DNA of 64,000 bases from Euryarchaeota archaeon UBA605 (GTDB lineage: Archaea; Thermoplasmatota; Poseidoniia; Poseidoniales; Thalassarchaeaceae): contig DATY01000006.1 in the NCBI GenBank assembly GCA_002504905.1, positions 36,370-100,369 of the forward strand, read 5' to 3'. A program made the position numbers and the translations under genes. Shown in pieces: positions 27,227-37,156 of this stretch; position 1 is the first letter of the stretch, and every line of letters begins with the position of its first letter. A model generated the notes under the pieces. It ran no database searches. It saw only the letters and a list, made by a program, of their open reading frames with translations, and had not been told where the DNA came from.

Positions 27227-28249
27227 ATGAGTAGTATCGGACTTGTTGGTGGGACCTTCGAATTCTTTCATATTGGTCATCAGAAATTGATAGATTCTTG
27301 TCTATCGAATTGTGATATTCTTGAGATATGGGTTTTATCTGATAAAATTGCTCGCCAAAAAGATTCAAGAATTTCTTCATGGAAAGAAAGATGTGAATTA
27401 ATTAAACAAGAGCTTTCTCATGAACAATATTCTAGAATTACTTTTCATGAATTATTGGATGATTTTGGTATTGCTATTTCACATGAAAAAGCTGACAAGA
27501 TTTTTTGCACCACTGAAACACTTTCTACTTGTCAATTGATTAATAAAAAACGTATTGAAAATGGATTAATTCCATTATCAATAATAATAGTACAACATGC
27601 ATTATCTGAAGATGGAGAAATTATTTCTAGTTCGAGAATTAGGAATGGTGAGATAAATAGAGATGGTAAGGCATGGATTAGGTTTGAGGATGTTAATTCA
27701 AATCTTTACTTGACAAAAGAGGTAGAATCGATGTTAAAAGATCCTTTTGGTAAGTTATTTACAGGTCCGGAAGAGAATCATTCAATTGCAATTACCAATG
27801 CACTAAATTTTCTTGAGGACTTTCATTTACCTATTATTGGCGTTGGGGATGTTACAGTTAGGGCATTACAAAATGTCGATTCCCCACCATCAATTGGTGT
27901 AATTGATGAAAAAACAAAGAGAGTAAAATGGGACGGCTACAGAGAAATTAACCAGTCATTGTATGATACTGTTATTCAATGTGAAAATCCACCCGGTGTA
28001 CTCACTAGATCTTTATTTGAATCTTGTAAACAAGCAATATTTAATTGGACAGAGAAGAACGAAACAACACTAATTCTTGTAAATGGAGAAGAAGATTTAG
28101 CTCCATTATTTTTACATATATTAGCGCCAATGAAATCAGCAATAATTTATGGCCAACCAACTAAGGGAGTAGTAGTGAGAATAACAGGTTTAGATTCAAA
28201 AATGAGATGTCAAAAAATCTTATCACTTTGTGAAAAGAATAGTAATTAA
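27227..28249 (+). CDS. coaD: Fused phosphopantetheine adenylyltransferase + GTP-dependent dephospho-CoA kinase (DUF359)
   Basis: N-half GGTFEFFHIGH...ISSSRIRNGEI; C-half VGDVT, DEKTKR, NPPG, GEEDL and YGQP. Confidence 0.88.
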   Translation: MSSIGLVGGTFEFFHIGHQKLIDSCLSNCDILEIWVLSDKIARQKDSRISSWKERCELIKQELSHEQYSRITFHELLDDFGIAISHEKADKIFCTTETLSTCQLINKKRIENGLIPLSIIIVQHALSEDGEIISSSRIRNGEINRDGKAWIRFEDVNSNLYLTKEVESMLKDPFGKLFTGPEENHSIAITNALNFLEDFHLPIIGVGDVTVRALQNVDSPPSIGVIDEKTKRVKWDGYREINQSLYDTVIQCENPPGVLTRSLFESCKQAIFNWTEKNETTLILVNGEEDLAPLFLHILAPMKSAIIYGQPTKGVVVRITGLDSKMRCQKILSLCEKNSN

Positions 28250-28749
28250 TTTTCTACTTTAGAATTTATATTTAGAGCAATACCGAATGCTACCATTGAA
28301 ATCATTACTGAGTATACACCTGGATCTACCCAAGTGTCATTTTGAATACTCCAAATAAGATAGAAAGAGATTCCAATTACTACAAGCCAATTTGCAATTA
28401 TCTCTTTGCCATTACTTCCTTTGATTAGGCTATTGAACATATTCATTCCCTTGTTGTTTTCTATCCAATTAGCTACATCTATATTTCTTAATCCAAGAAT
28501 AAATAATACTAATCCAAGAACTGCAAAAATAGCATCATCGAGAATTAATCCATCATCATAGGGAACAAACGCATCCCCACTTATTCCAATGAATCCTATC
28601 CAAGCTACCTTATTTCCTGCCTGACCTGCTCCGCCTCCAAACATATTAATCAGAGATAATAATATAATCCATGTACCAAGCATTAATGCAGTGGTTGAAA
28701 TCATGCTACTTGGCTTTGTTAAAGCCTCATTCCACTCTGTCTGAACCAT
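28246..28749 (-). CDS. Membrane hypothetical protein (about 4 TM)
   Basis: Hydrophobic segments and a WVDPGVYSV motif; start uncertain. Confidence 0.7.
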   Translation of the reverse strand: MVQTEWNEALTKPSSMISTTALMLGTWIILLSLINMFGGGAGQAGNKVAWIGFIGISGDAFVPYDDGLILDDAIFAVLGLVLFILGLRNIDVANWIENNKGMNMFNSLIKGSNGKEIIANWLVVIGISFYLIWSIQNDTWVDPGVYSVMISMVAFGIALNINSKVEN

Positions 28750-28807
28750 ATGTATCACAACTGGCGACTTACCCTTTTGGTTTAACGCTTTCATTTATCT
28801 ACTGAGG

Positions 28808-30046
28808 TCACAGTCTTCCTTGTAACATGTATTTTCCTTGCGAAGCCTCTTGTATTAGAGGTTCATTTTCACTCAAAGTTTTTATCGAATCAATACCTTT
28901 TGGTATTGCAGAATTTACTTGTTTACTTCTTCCACCTCTACCTTTACTAACGTTTCTTGCCATAATCAATCCTAATGTATCCAATTCATTTAGTAATGTA
29001 GAAATTCTTCTTGGGGTCAGGGCTTCAATATTAATTTTCATACAAGCTTCAGAATACGTTCTGAAAATTTCTCCTGTAGATATATTTCTTAACCCGTTTT
29101 CCTCATTAATTATAACGCAAAATAATACTAATTTTTGGTGTAAAGGCAAAGTTCGTAAGACTGGAGTGACTTGGTCATGTTCAAGTTGCGATTGTGCTAG
29201 ACGAACATGTTTTGGATCAACTTTTTGTTGAGATCTTTGCTCCGCTTTCTGAACTGATATTCTCAGTAAATCCAAGGCTCTTCTAGCATCTCCATGTTCT
29301 TGCGCTGCCAGAGCAGAACACAGTGGAATTACTCCTATTTCCAGTGAGTTTATCTTCAACCCCATCTTTACTCTCTCCTGAAGAATATCTTGAATTTCTT
29401 GAGCACCATAAGGGTGGAAAACAACATCTTCTTGACTCAATCTAGAACTAACTCTCGGGTCAAGTTCTTGAGTGAAGTTTAGGTCATTACTAATCCCAAT
29501 AATACAACATCTAGCATTTTTCAATAATGTATTCATATTTGTTAGACTGTATAGTAGGTCTGAACCTGCTTTAGCAACTAAATTATCAATTTCGTCTAAG
29601 ACTAAAATATGTACCCCTCCCGCTCTATCCATTCTTTCAATTAGTGTTTCAAGTACTCTATCTGTGGGCCAGCCAGTAAATGGAATGAGGTAGTCACCAT
29701 TCTGCTTTAATTGACTAGCCAGTGTTTGTACGACTCTATATTTTGTATCAACATTTCTACAATTTATTTCATATGTTTGAACTGGATGCCCCATTTCATT
29801 TCCCTTTTCAAGTAATTGACTAAGTACGAAACGTGTAACCACAGTTTTTCCTGAACCAGGAACTCCATAAAGCAACATATTAGATGGTATATGGCCATTT
29901 AATGCATCAACTAGATTTCTAACTAAAGCATCAACTTCTTGTTCTCTGTGTGGGAGATTACTCGGTTCAAACGCATGTTCAAACGCCTTTCTATCAATAA
30001 ATAATGAATCTTGTCCGAGTATTTTTTCAAAAATATTCCCGTCCAT
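28808..30046 (-). CDS. cdc6: Orc1/Cdc6 replication initiation protein
   Basis: LPHRE, YGVPGSGKT, LDEID, ALAAQEHGDARRALDLLR and a C-terminal wH with SKGRGGR. Confidence 0.96.
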   Translation of the reverse strand: MDGNIFEKILGQDSLFIDRKAFEHAFEPSNLPHREQEVDALVRNLVDALNGHIPSNMLLYGVPGSGKTVVTRFVLSQLLEKGNEMGHPVQTYEINCRNVDTKYRVVQTLASQLKQNGDYLIPFTGWPTDRVLETLIERMDRAGGVHILVLDEIDNLVAKAGSDLLYSLTNMNTLLKNARCCIIGISNDLNFTQELDPRVSSRLSQEDVVFHPYGAQEIQDILQERVKMGLKINSLEIGVIPLCSALAAQEHGDARRALDLLRISVQKAEQRSQQKVDPKHVRLAQSQLEHDQVTPVLRTLPLHQKLVLFCVIINEENGLRNISTGEIFRTYSEACMKINIEALTPRRISTLLNELDTLGLIMARNVSKGRGGRSKQVNSAIPKGIDSIKTLSENEPLIQEASQGKYMLQGRL

Positions 30047-30250
30047 TTATTCTCACCATTGTTTGCACATTCTCCAATGTACTATTGACACACTCTGAGA
30101 TGGTCGCTCGACAATGGGGATTCTTGACGAGACGCTTAGAGGTAATAAGTGATTCCAAACTAAGTTGATGTGAAGTGCATATTTCTTTCATAAAATCATT
30201 AATAAATCATGAAGATTTCTTTTTTAATTTATTTAGAAATTAACATTCAA

Positions 30251-31042
30251 TCAACAATTATTTAATATTTTAATATCACCATTTTGATTAATTTCAATTG
30301 CATCCCCATCTTCTAGTTGATAAATTTCTTTAGGTAAATCAGGAGTTCTAAATCCTTCTGAAATATTTTTTGAACTAGCATAATTATGAGTCACTAGAAC
30401 TAAACTTTCAGGAAACATTTTCCAGAATCTTATTACATCACTCGGCGTATAGTGATAAGGAAAATCACCTATATCTGGCATCCCCATTTCAAGTATTACA
30501 ACATCAGCATCTTCCGCTCTTTTCTCAATCTCTTCACAAGGTCCCGAATCGCCACAATGTAATATTTTTATTCCAGATTTATGTATTAATTCATATCCAT
30601 GAGGATCAGTCTCGGGAGTATGGCAAACAGGAAATCTATCAAAACTCCAATTAGTTCCTGTCAATTCTAAAGTTTCTTCCTCATACCATTCAGCCATATC
30701 TTCAACTTCATCTAAACTACCTGGAAATCCTACATCGCATAGTTTTGATAGTTTTTCTTTACCTCCTGGTCTGAGATATATTTTCAATTCATGTTCTTTC
30801 ATGGGGTCAGAGATATATTTTCTTTCGAGCATAAAGAATGGGAATCCAAATGTGTGATCAGCATGCCAGTGAGTGAATAATAAATGCTCAATTTCTGATG
30901 TTTTCAAACCTTTTCTTCTGAGCTGTGTAATTAATGTTGGAGGCGTATCAATCAAAATCTTCCCATCAACTAGAGTTAATGCATGAAGTCTTCCAGATGG
31001 AGTAAAAGCATTCCCGGTGCCCAAGAAGTCGATGCGAATCAC
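30251..31042 (-). CDS. MBL-fold metallo-hydrolase (RNase Z-like)
   Basis: FLGTGNA, THWHADHTFG, CGDSGP and VTHN motifs; GTG start. Confidence 0.85.
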   Translation of the reverse strand: MIRIDFLGTGNAFTPSGRLHALTLVDGKILIDTPPTLITQLRRKGLKTSEIEHLLFTHWHADHTFGFPFFMLERKYISDPMKEHELKIYLRPGGKEKLSKLCDVGFPGSLDEVEDMAEWYEEETLELTGTNWSFDRFPVCHTPETDPHGYELIHKSGIKILHCGDSGPCEEIEKRAEDADVVILEMGMPDIGDFPYHYTPSDVIRFWKMFPESLVLVTHNYASSKNISEGFRTPDLPKEIYQLEDGDAIEINQNGDIKILNNC

Positions 31043-31163
31043 GGCTCTCGACTATACACCTAAGACTTGACTTAATCGCTTCGAAGATGATACAAGTTCA
31101 TCCTTCTATAGACATCTATTCATAAACATGTTTCAACTCGGGCAACTACTAGTTTGAGGTTTT

Positions 31164-33008
31164 GTGATGTCCGACTCTCGTTCAATTTTAATTTTATACG
31201 GTTCGCAATCTGGTAATTCAGAAGATATAGCCATTCAAACGGGCAAGGCGGCAGTTGAATACAACTTACTACCCACAGTAAGGGCCATGGACGAAATAAC
31301 AATTGATGAATTTGTAGGGCAATCTAGGGTCCTAATCTGTTGTAGTACTTGGGGTGATGGAGAACAGCCAGACAACGCTGAAGATCTTTGGGAAGCTGCT
31401 AACAGTGGTTCTATAGAATCATTGGATGGCTTACACTTTTCCGTTCTAGCTTTAGGGGACTCTTCATACGACCTGTTTTGTGAATCCGGAAAAGAGTGGG
31501 ACAATTGGTTAGAATCTAAAGGGGCCACAAGGATTCATGATAGAGTTGATTGTGATGTGGATTATGAAGAACCCGCACAATTATGGTCGGATGCAGTTCT
31601 GAAGAAAATGTCCACCGTTGAAGAAATACAAAATTCTTCAACATTAACTGAAAATGAAGAAACTACTGATTCTACAATTCAAGAGACAGAATTAATTGAG
31701 GAGTTGCCAACTAAAGAAAAACCAACTAAGTCGCAGTGGAATGCTAAGAATCCATACACTTCTTATCTAACTGAAAATTATATCCTTAATGGTGAAGGCT
31801 CCGGTAAAGAGACTCGCCATATTGTTTTTGACTTAGGAGACTCAGGTTTGGAATATAAGGCAGGAGACGCTCTTGGAGTTGTCCCGATTTGTCCACCTGA
31901 AATTGTTTCCGATCTTCTTTCACTGGGTGGCTTCACAGGTGATGAAGAAGTTGAGACGAATCTTGGAGCTTGTAGTTTACGTGAGGCTCTTACAACAAGA
32001 TATGAAGTCCACAGGGTTTCAAAAAAATGGATTGAAAATTTAGGCTCGAAAGTAGTTAGTGGAGACGGCTCAATTGAAATTAGGATCGTTAGTCGAGATA
32101 GGATCTCAACTTCTGACGGAAGTTCAGTGATTAGTTGGCAAGGCTCAGGAGAACCAGACGACACTCCTTCCGGATATTCTCAAATAATGTCTCCGAATAA
32201 CCCAACCGAAGTACTCTGGAATAAATTAACTTCAGACCCGAAAGAAATGGAAGATTATATGTGGACTAGAGATTATATCGATACTTTAAGAGATTTCAAT
32301 AATATTTCATTTTCTCCACAAGAATTTATTGATGGAATGGACCGACTTAAACCAAGATTATATTCTATTGCAAGCAGCCCTGACCATGAACCAGGTACTG
32401 TACATTTAACCGTAGGAATAGTAAGATATAGTTATCATGATAGAGATAGAGCTGGACTAACAACAGGATATCTTTCTGACAGATGTGAGGTTAGTGAAAC
32501 ACCTATTGGAGTATTTATGTCACCTACAAGATCATTTATTCTCCCAGAAAATGGAGATATTGATTGTATTATGGTAGGCCCAGGTACTGGAATAGCTCCT
32601 TTTAGGGCCTTTTTACAACAAAGAGACATTAACGGAGATAAAGGTAGAAATTGGTTATTCTTTGGAGATTGGACTGAAGCAGGAGAATACTATTACAAAG
32701 AAGAAATGGATGATTGGAAAAATCGAGGAGTTTTAGACAAACATGATCTCGCTTGGTCCCGTGATGGCTCAGAGAAAGTTTATGTCCAACATCTAATGAA
32801 AAAGAATGGTTCAGAAATTTGGGAATGGATAAATGGTGGAGGGTATTTCTATGTGTGTGGAGATAAGTCTCGTATGGCTAAGGATGTTCATCAAACATTG
32901 ATTGATATTTGTTCGGAACATGGTGAAATGAGCCCGGAAGACGCAAAGTCATTCGTTGAAGATGTAATGATGAAGAAAGAAAAGCGATATCTGAGAGACG
33001 TATATTAA
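31164..33008 (+). CDS. Diflavin NADPH reductase (CysJ / CPR-like: flavodoxin + FAD + NADP domains)
   Basis: YGSQSGNSE, STWGDGEQPDNA, LGDSSY, PRLYSIAS, GPGTGIAPF, YVCGD and C-terminal RYLRDVY. Confidence 0.9.
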   Translation: MMSDSRSILILYGSQSGNSEDIAIQTGKAAVEYNLLPTVRAMDEITIDEFVGQSRVLICCSTWGDGEQPDNAEDLWEAANSGSIESLDGLHFSVLALGDSSYDLFCESGKEWDNWLESKGATRIHDRVDCDVDYEEPAQLWSDAVLKKMSTVEEIQNSSTLTENEETTDSTIQETELIEELPTKEKPTKSQWNAKNPYTSYLTENYILNGEGSGKETRHIVFDLGDSGLEYKAGDALGVVPICPPEIVSDLLSLGGFTGDEEVETNLGACSLREALTTRYEVHRVSKKWIENLGSKVVSGDGSIEIRIVSRDRISTSDGSSVISWQGSGEPDDTPSGYSQIMSPNNPTEVLWNKLTSDPKEMEDYMWTRDYIDTLRDFNNISFSPQEFIDGMDRLKPRLYSIASSPDHEPGTVHLTVGIVRYSYHDRDRAGLTTGYLSDRCEVSETPIGVFMSPTRSFILPENGDIDCIMVGPGTGIAPFRAFLQQRDINGDKGRNWLFFGDWTEAGEYYYKEEMDDWKNRGVLDKHDLAWSRDGSEKVYVQHLMKKNGSEIWEWINGGGYFYVCGDKSRMAKDVHQTLIDICSEHGEMSPEDAKSFVEDVMMKKEKRYLRDVY

Positions 33009-33067
33009 TCCTCGAAATCAATACTGTTTTTCCGATGCAATCATAGTGTGTCTTTGTTTGCCATTAT

Positions 33068-34414
33068 ATGATGTTCAGGAGAGTCCTCATTGCGAATCGT
33101 GGTGAAATAGCTCTGAGGATCATAAGATCTTTACATTCTTTAGGTATTGAAGCTGTAATGATTTATGGAAGAGAGGATCGTATTTCTACACCAGTTAGAT
33201 TAGCTGATGAATCAGTATATATTCCTCGTGATGATCCTTTAGCCTCATATTTAGATATCGAAGCAATAGTTACTGCAGCTAAGGATGTTGGAGCTGATGC
33301 GGTGCATCCTGGATATGGATTTTTGGCAGAAAATCCTACTTTCGCAAGAAGATTATCTGAAGAAGGGATTGTTTTCATAGGTCCGAGTTCAGATGTTCTG
33401 AAGTTATTAGGCGATAAAATTACTGCTAGAGAAGCCATGGTTAAGGCAGGTCTACCGGTAGCAAAAGGTTCTCCAGGTCCAATTTCTAATCCGGAAGAAG
33501 CATCCTTAATCGCCAATGATATTGGCTTTCCAGTAATTATCAAGGCAGCCGCTGGAGGTGGAGGTATAGGGATGCAGGTAGTAGAATCAGAAGACGAATT
33601 TGAGTCTGCAATGAAATTATGCCAGGGCAGAGCATTATCCGCCTTCGGAGATGATAGAGTATTTTTAGAAAAATTTATCCAGGGGGCACAACATATTGAA
33701 TTTCAAGTTCTTGGCGATGGTAAACAGGCAATTCATTTTGGAGAGAGATTTTGTTCAATACAAAGAAGACATCAGAAAATACTTGAAGAAGGACCATGGT
33801 TATCCGATGAAATTAGGAAAGAAATTGGAGAGAAGGTTGTTGCAGGGGCTAAGGCGGTAGGATACTGTGGTTTGGCAACATTTGAATTCTTGAGAGATTC
33901 TAGTGGCGATTTTTATTTCTTAGAGGTGAACCCTAGGGTTCAAGTTGAGCATACTGTAACAGAAATGATTACTGGAACTGATTTAGTCTCAATGGGAATT
34001 AGGGTTGCATCAGGAGAATCGATAAAGTTACTTCAAAATGATATTCAAATTAGAGGACATGCAATTCAAGTACGTTTGAATGCAGAAAATCCTGTAACTC
34101 TATCTCCCTCTCCTGGTAAATTATGGGAATGTCATTGGCCTGGTGGTCCTGGTGTGAGAATTGATACACATGCTCATACTGGATATGATATGCCTGCTTC
34201 ATTTGATAGTTTACTTGCTAAGTTGATTGTTTGGGCACCAACAAGAGAAGAATCAATTTCCAAATTAAATGCTTCATTACATGAAATAAAACTGTTGGGC
34301 GTTGATACTTTGATACCTTTACATTTGGCTATTTTATCTGAAAGTGACTTCCGTAAAAGAAATATTACCATACATTATCTCGAAGAACACCCAAACTTAC
34401 TTTCGGGAGGCTAG
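33068..34414 (+). CDS. accC: Biotin carboxylase subunit
   Basis: IANRGEIA, HPGYGFLAEN, KAAAGGGGIG, QRRHQK and EVNPRVQVEH motifs. Confidence 0.93.
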   Translation: MMFRRVLIANRGEIALRIIRSLHSLGIEAVMIYGREDRISTPVRLADESVYIPRDDPLASYLDIEAIVTAAKDVGADAVHPGYGFLAENPTFARRLSEEGIVFIGPSSDVLKLLGDKITAREAMVKAGLPVAKGSPGPISNPEEASLIANDIGFPVIIKAAAGGGGIGMQVVESEDEFESAMKLCQGRALSAFGDDRVFLEKFIQGAQHIEFQVLGDGKQAIHFGERFCSIQRRHQKILEEGPWLSDEIRKEIGEKVVAGAKAVGYCGLATFEFLRDSSGDFYFLEVNPRVQVEHTVTEMITGTDLVSMGIRVASGESIKLLQNDIQIRGHAIQVRLNAENPVTLSPSPGKLWECHWPGGPGVRIDTHAHTGYDMPASFDSLLAKLIVWAPTREESISKLNASLHEIKLLGVDTLIPLHLAILSESDFRKRNITIHYLEEHPNLLSGG

Positions 34415-34417
34415 ATT

Positions 34418-35383
34418 TTGGACATAGTAATTGTTGGTAGTATAGGTTATGACGATATCTCTACACCTGAAGATGAGGGCTCAGATCTTCTTGGAGGTGC
34501 GGCGACTTATGCAGGACTTTCTGCTGCATTTCATAGATCTGATGATATCTCAAATAACCCAAAAATTGGTATTGTTAGTGCGGTAGGTAATGATTTCTCT
34601 CCATCTGATCAATTAAAATTAGAATCAGCTGGTCTGAATCTAGCGGGTGTCGAAATGAGGGATGGTGATACATTTCGTTGGTCGGGCAGATATCATGGGG
34701 CAATGGAAGATGCAGAGACCATTTCTACAGATGTAAATGTGCTAGAAAATTTTAATCCTGAAGTTCCAATTTCTTGGACAACGCCAGAGATACTATTCTG
34801 TGCTAATACCCATCCTGCTACCCAAGTATCTGTTCTTGACCAGTGCCCTAGTGCAGCGATAACCGCTTTAGATAGTTTCATGTTATGGATTAATTCTGAA
34901 AAAATCAAATTATCAGAGGCACTTCGTAAGGTGGATATTGCAATATTAAATGAAGAAGAAATATGTGCTATCGCAGAAGATAAATTACTTATTCGAGCTA
35001 TAAGATCAGTTCAGTCTGGTTCTGCATTATTTGGTGGAGAAAGTGCTGGACCTGGGCCTAGATGTATAATTGTGAAAAGAGGAAGTGGAGGAGTTATTGC
35101 TAATTTCCCATTCGGCTTAATTGCCTTACCCGCATATCCAATTAGTAACGTAGTAGACCCGACAGGATGTGGCGATTCATTTGCAGGAGCATTTTTAGCG
35201 AATATTTCAGGTAGAGAAGGTGCATTAAATGATATTGAAGTAATCCGTAATGCTCTTATTCACGCAACAGTAACCGCATCTTTTACATTAGGCGCTTTGG
35301 GTTGCTCAAGTATCTCAAAGTTAGAACGTGGACAATATCATGCTCGAGTAGATAGATATAGAAGAATAGTTGGATTAACCTAA
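34418..35383 (+). CDS. PfkB/ribokinase-family kinase
   Basis: LGGAATY, AVGNDF and DPTGCGDSFAGAF motifs; TTG start. Confidence 0.9.
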   Translation: MDIVIVGSIGYDDISTPEDEGSDLLGGAATYAGLSAAFHRSDDISNNPKIGIVSAVGNDFSPSDQLKLESAGLNLAGVEMRDGDTFRWSGRYHGAMEDAETISTDVNVLENFNPEVPISWTTPEILFCANTHPATQVSVLDQCPSAAITALDSFMLWINSEKIKLSEALRKVDIAILNEEEICAIAEDKLLIRAIRSVQSGSALFGGESAGPGPRCIIVKRGSGGVIANFPFGLIALPAYPISNVVDPTGCGDSFAGAFLANISGREGALNDIEVIRNALIHATVTASFTLGALGCSSISKLERGQYHARVDRYRRIVGLT

Positions 35384-37065
35384 TTTAATCTTCTAATTCC
35401 TTTCAGATGTCCACTATCATTACTATTAGATGTTCTACGCATTTGATTAAATCTGAGCAGCGTTTGTTCACCTGATAAGTCAGTTGGACTATGCTCCTCC
35501 CCTCTCGAAACTCTATTTACAACCTTGTCTAATGCATCTTTCGCAGAAGATGGTTCAGTGGAATTTATTCTTCTAATTCTATTGTTCATATCTGCTTGAT
35601 GTTCCTGATCGCTTCTTATCCTAAGATGTTGTTTTGATTGGAATCTAGCACCCTCATTTACTTTAACTCCATCTGGATCTCCATATTCAGACGAATAATC
35701 TAATTCCCTTCTATCATAATTACGATGCCTTGGAACCAGTAATCTTTCAATTAAACCGACTCTTTTTCTCTTGATGGGCTGTTTCTTTATTGTGAGTTTC
35801 CCATCTCCGTATGAGTTCGCAATTCTAGATAGACCGGGGTACTCTCCTAAATCAGTTGGTGCAGGTAAAGATGCAATAATTTCTGCCTTTCTATTCAAAG
35901 ATTGTTGAGCCTTTGCCCTCTTTACTAAACCAGGCTTACACTCAATTCTAACTGCTTCATCTGTAGGTTCCGGTAACGATTTTGAAAAATTATTATCTGG
36001 ACTACGATTTAGCCCATTTGCAACTCTAATCATTTCAGCGCTTGACATATTTCTTTTTACATTCATTTCCTCTAAATGATATTCTGAACCAAAAATTGAA
36101 TCTACAGGTTCATTATTGGGATATTGGTTTGAAATATATCTATCAGGAGGCGAAGTTATCTCGGGAGATGAATAATTCACGGATTCATTAGATGATGGTT
36201 TAGCTGGTTCAGAATCGAAAAGTCCTCCAGCTCCAAATCCAAAAATATCAGTTTCCATTTTTTCTGTAGCATCTTCCAATGATGACTCTAGAAGGCTACT
36301 CTTCTTTTCATTATACCATTCTGGTTCATTTCTACCCCAAGCTTGTTCATAAGCAGAGGTTTTCTGATTAACTTCATTATAGCTAAAATCTGGGATCACT
36401 GGCTCAATATATTGATTCCTGATATTTCTTTCTTCAAAATTACTTTGTAAAGTAGTTTCCAATGATCCTGTAAATCTTTCACTAACCTGAAAATTTTCAT
36501 CAAGATCAGGAACTAAATCATCAATAACAGGGGCATTCAAAAGAGCTTTAGGCATAATTTTTCCTTTATTTTCATGTCTAAATTCTCTTTCTAAACTATT
36601 CTTTGCTTCTCTAACTGATTGACCATTACTAACTTTTTCAATCATCATATGAACTTTCAATAAAACTTCTTGATCATTTAATCTGGATTGAATGATATGG
36701 CGATCACCAATATTAGTTTCGATTACTAATGCTGGTGTTTTGAAGATAAAATGAGAAAGAACTGACATGCCTCCTAATAGAGATACAGCATAACCCAATG
36801 GAGGGATTAGTATTGTAGCGCCTAGATAGCATGCTGCTGAACCCCAAATTATAATTCCACTAGGAATTGTTGGAATATCTATACTCCTTGTTCTTGAGAT
36901 AGATGCTAAGTCTAATTTTATTCCTCTTCTTACATCATTGGAGAGTACTAGCTGACGCTGAGTAATTTCAATCCTGAACTTACCCCCTACCCCAACCAAA
37001 GAGAGATTGCCGAACGTTGCCGACTCACCCTCATCCGGTCGAGCATTACGCCCGAACGTGTGCAT
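35380..37065 (-). CDS. Hypothetical protein: N-terminal TM pair and a long, probably disordered tail
   Basis: Long ORF with two hydrophobic helices near the N-terminus; start uncertain. Confidence 0.7.
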   Translation of the reverse strand: MHTFGRNARPDEGESATFGNLSLVGVGGKFRIEITQRQLVLSNDVRRGIKLDLASISRTRSIDIPTIPSGIIIWGSAACYLGATILIPPLGYAVSLLGGMSVLSHFIFKTPALVIETNIGDRHIIQSRLNDQEVLLKVHMMIEKVSNGQSVREAKNSLEREFRHENKGKIMPKALLNAPVIDDLVPDLDENFQVSERFTGSLETTLQSNFEERNIRNQYIEPVIPDFSYNEVNQKTSAYEQAWGRNEPEWYNEKKSSLLESSLEDATEKMETDIFGFGAGGLFDSEPAKPSSNESVNYSSPEITSPPDRYISNQYPNNEPVDSIFGSEYHLEEMNVKRNMSSAEMIRVANGLNRSPDNNFSKSLPEPTDEAVRIECKPGLVKRAKAQQSLNRKAEIIASLPAPTDLGEYPGLSRIANSYGDGKLTIKKQPIKRKRVGLIERLLVPRHRNYDRRELDYSSEYGDPDGVKVNEGARFQSKQHLRIRSDQEHQADMNNRIRRINSTEPSSAKDALDKVVNRVSRGEEHSPTDLSGEQTLLRFNQMRRTSNSNDSGHLKGIRRLN

Positions 37066-37156
37066 CCAGCCCGCGAGCCACTCATTAACGATATAATAAC
37101 TCGGTTTGTTGAGCATAAATTCATGTTACTTATTGAGGTTTTTTCTAGATGCCGAT

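Noticed and set aside
27162-27380. 72-aa minus-strand ORF
   Set aside because: Antisense to coaD and to the 3' end of the ncRNA; no coding support.
30047-30250. Replication origin (ORB repeats) next to cdc6
   Set aside because: An AT-rich patch is present, but I found no repeated TCCA-x-T-GGAA-type ORB boxes or G-strings. An origin cannot be supported, though it is not excluded.
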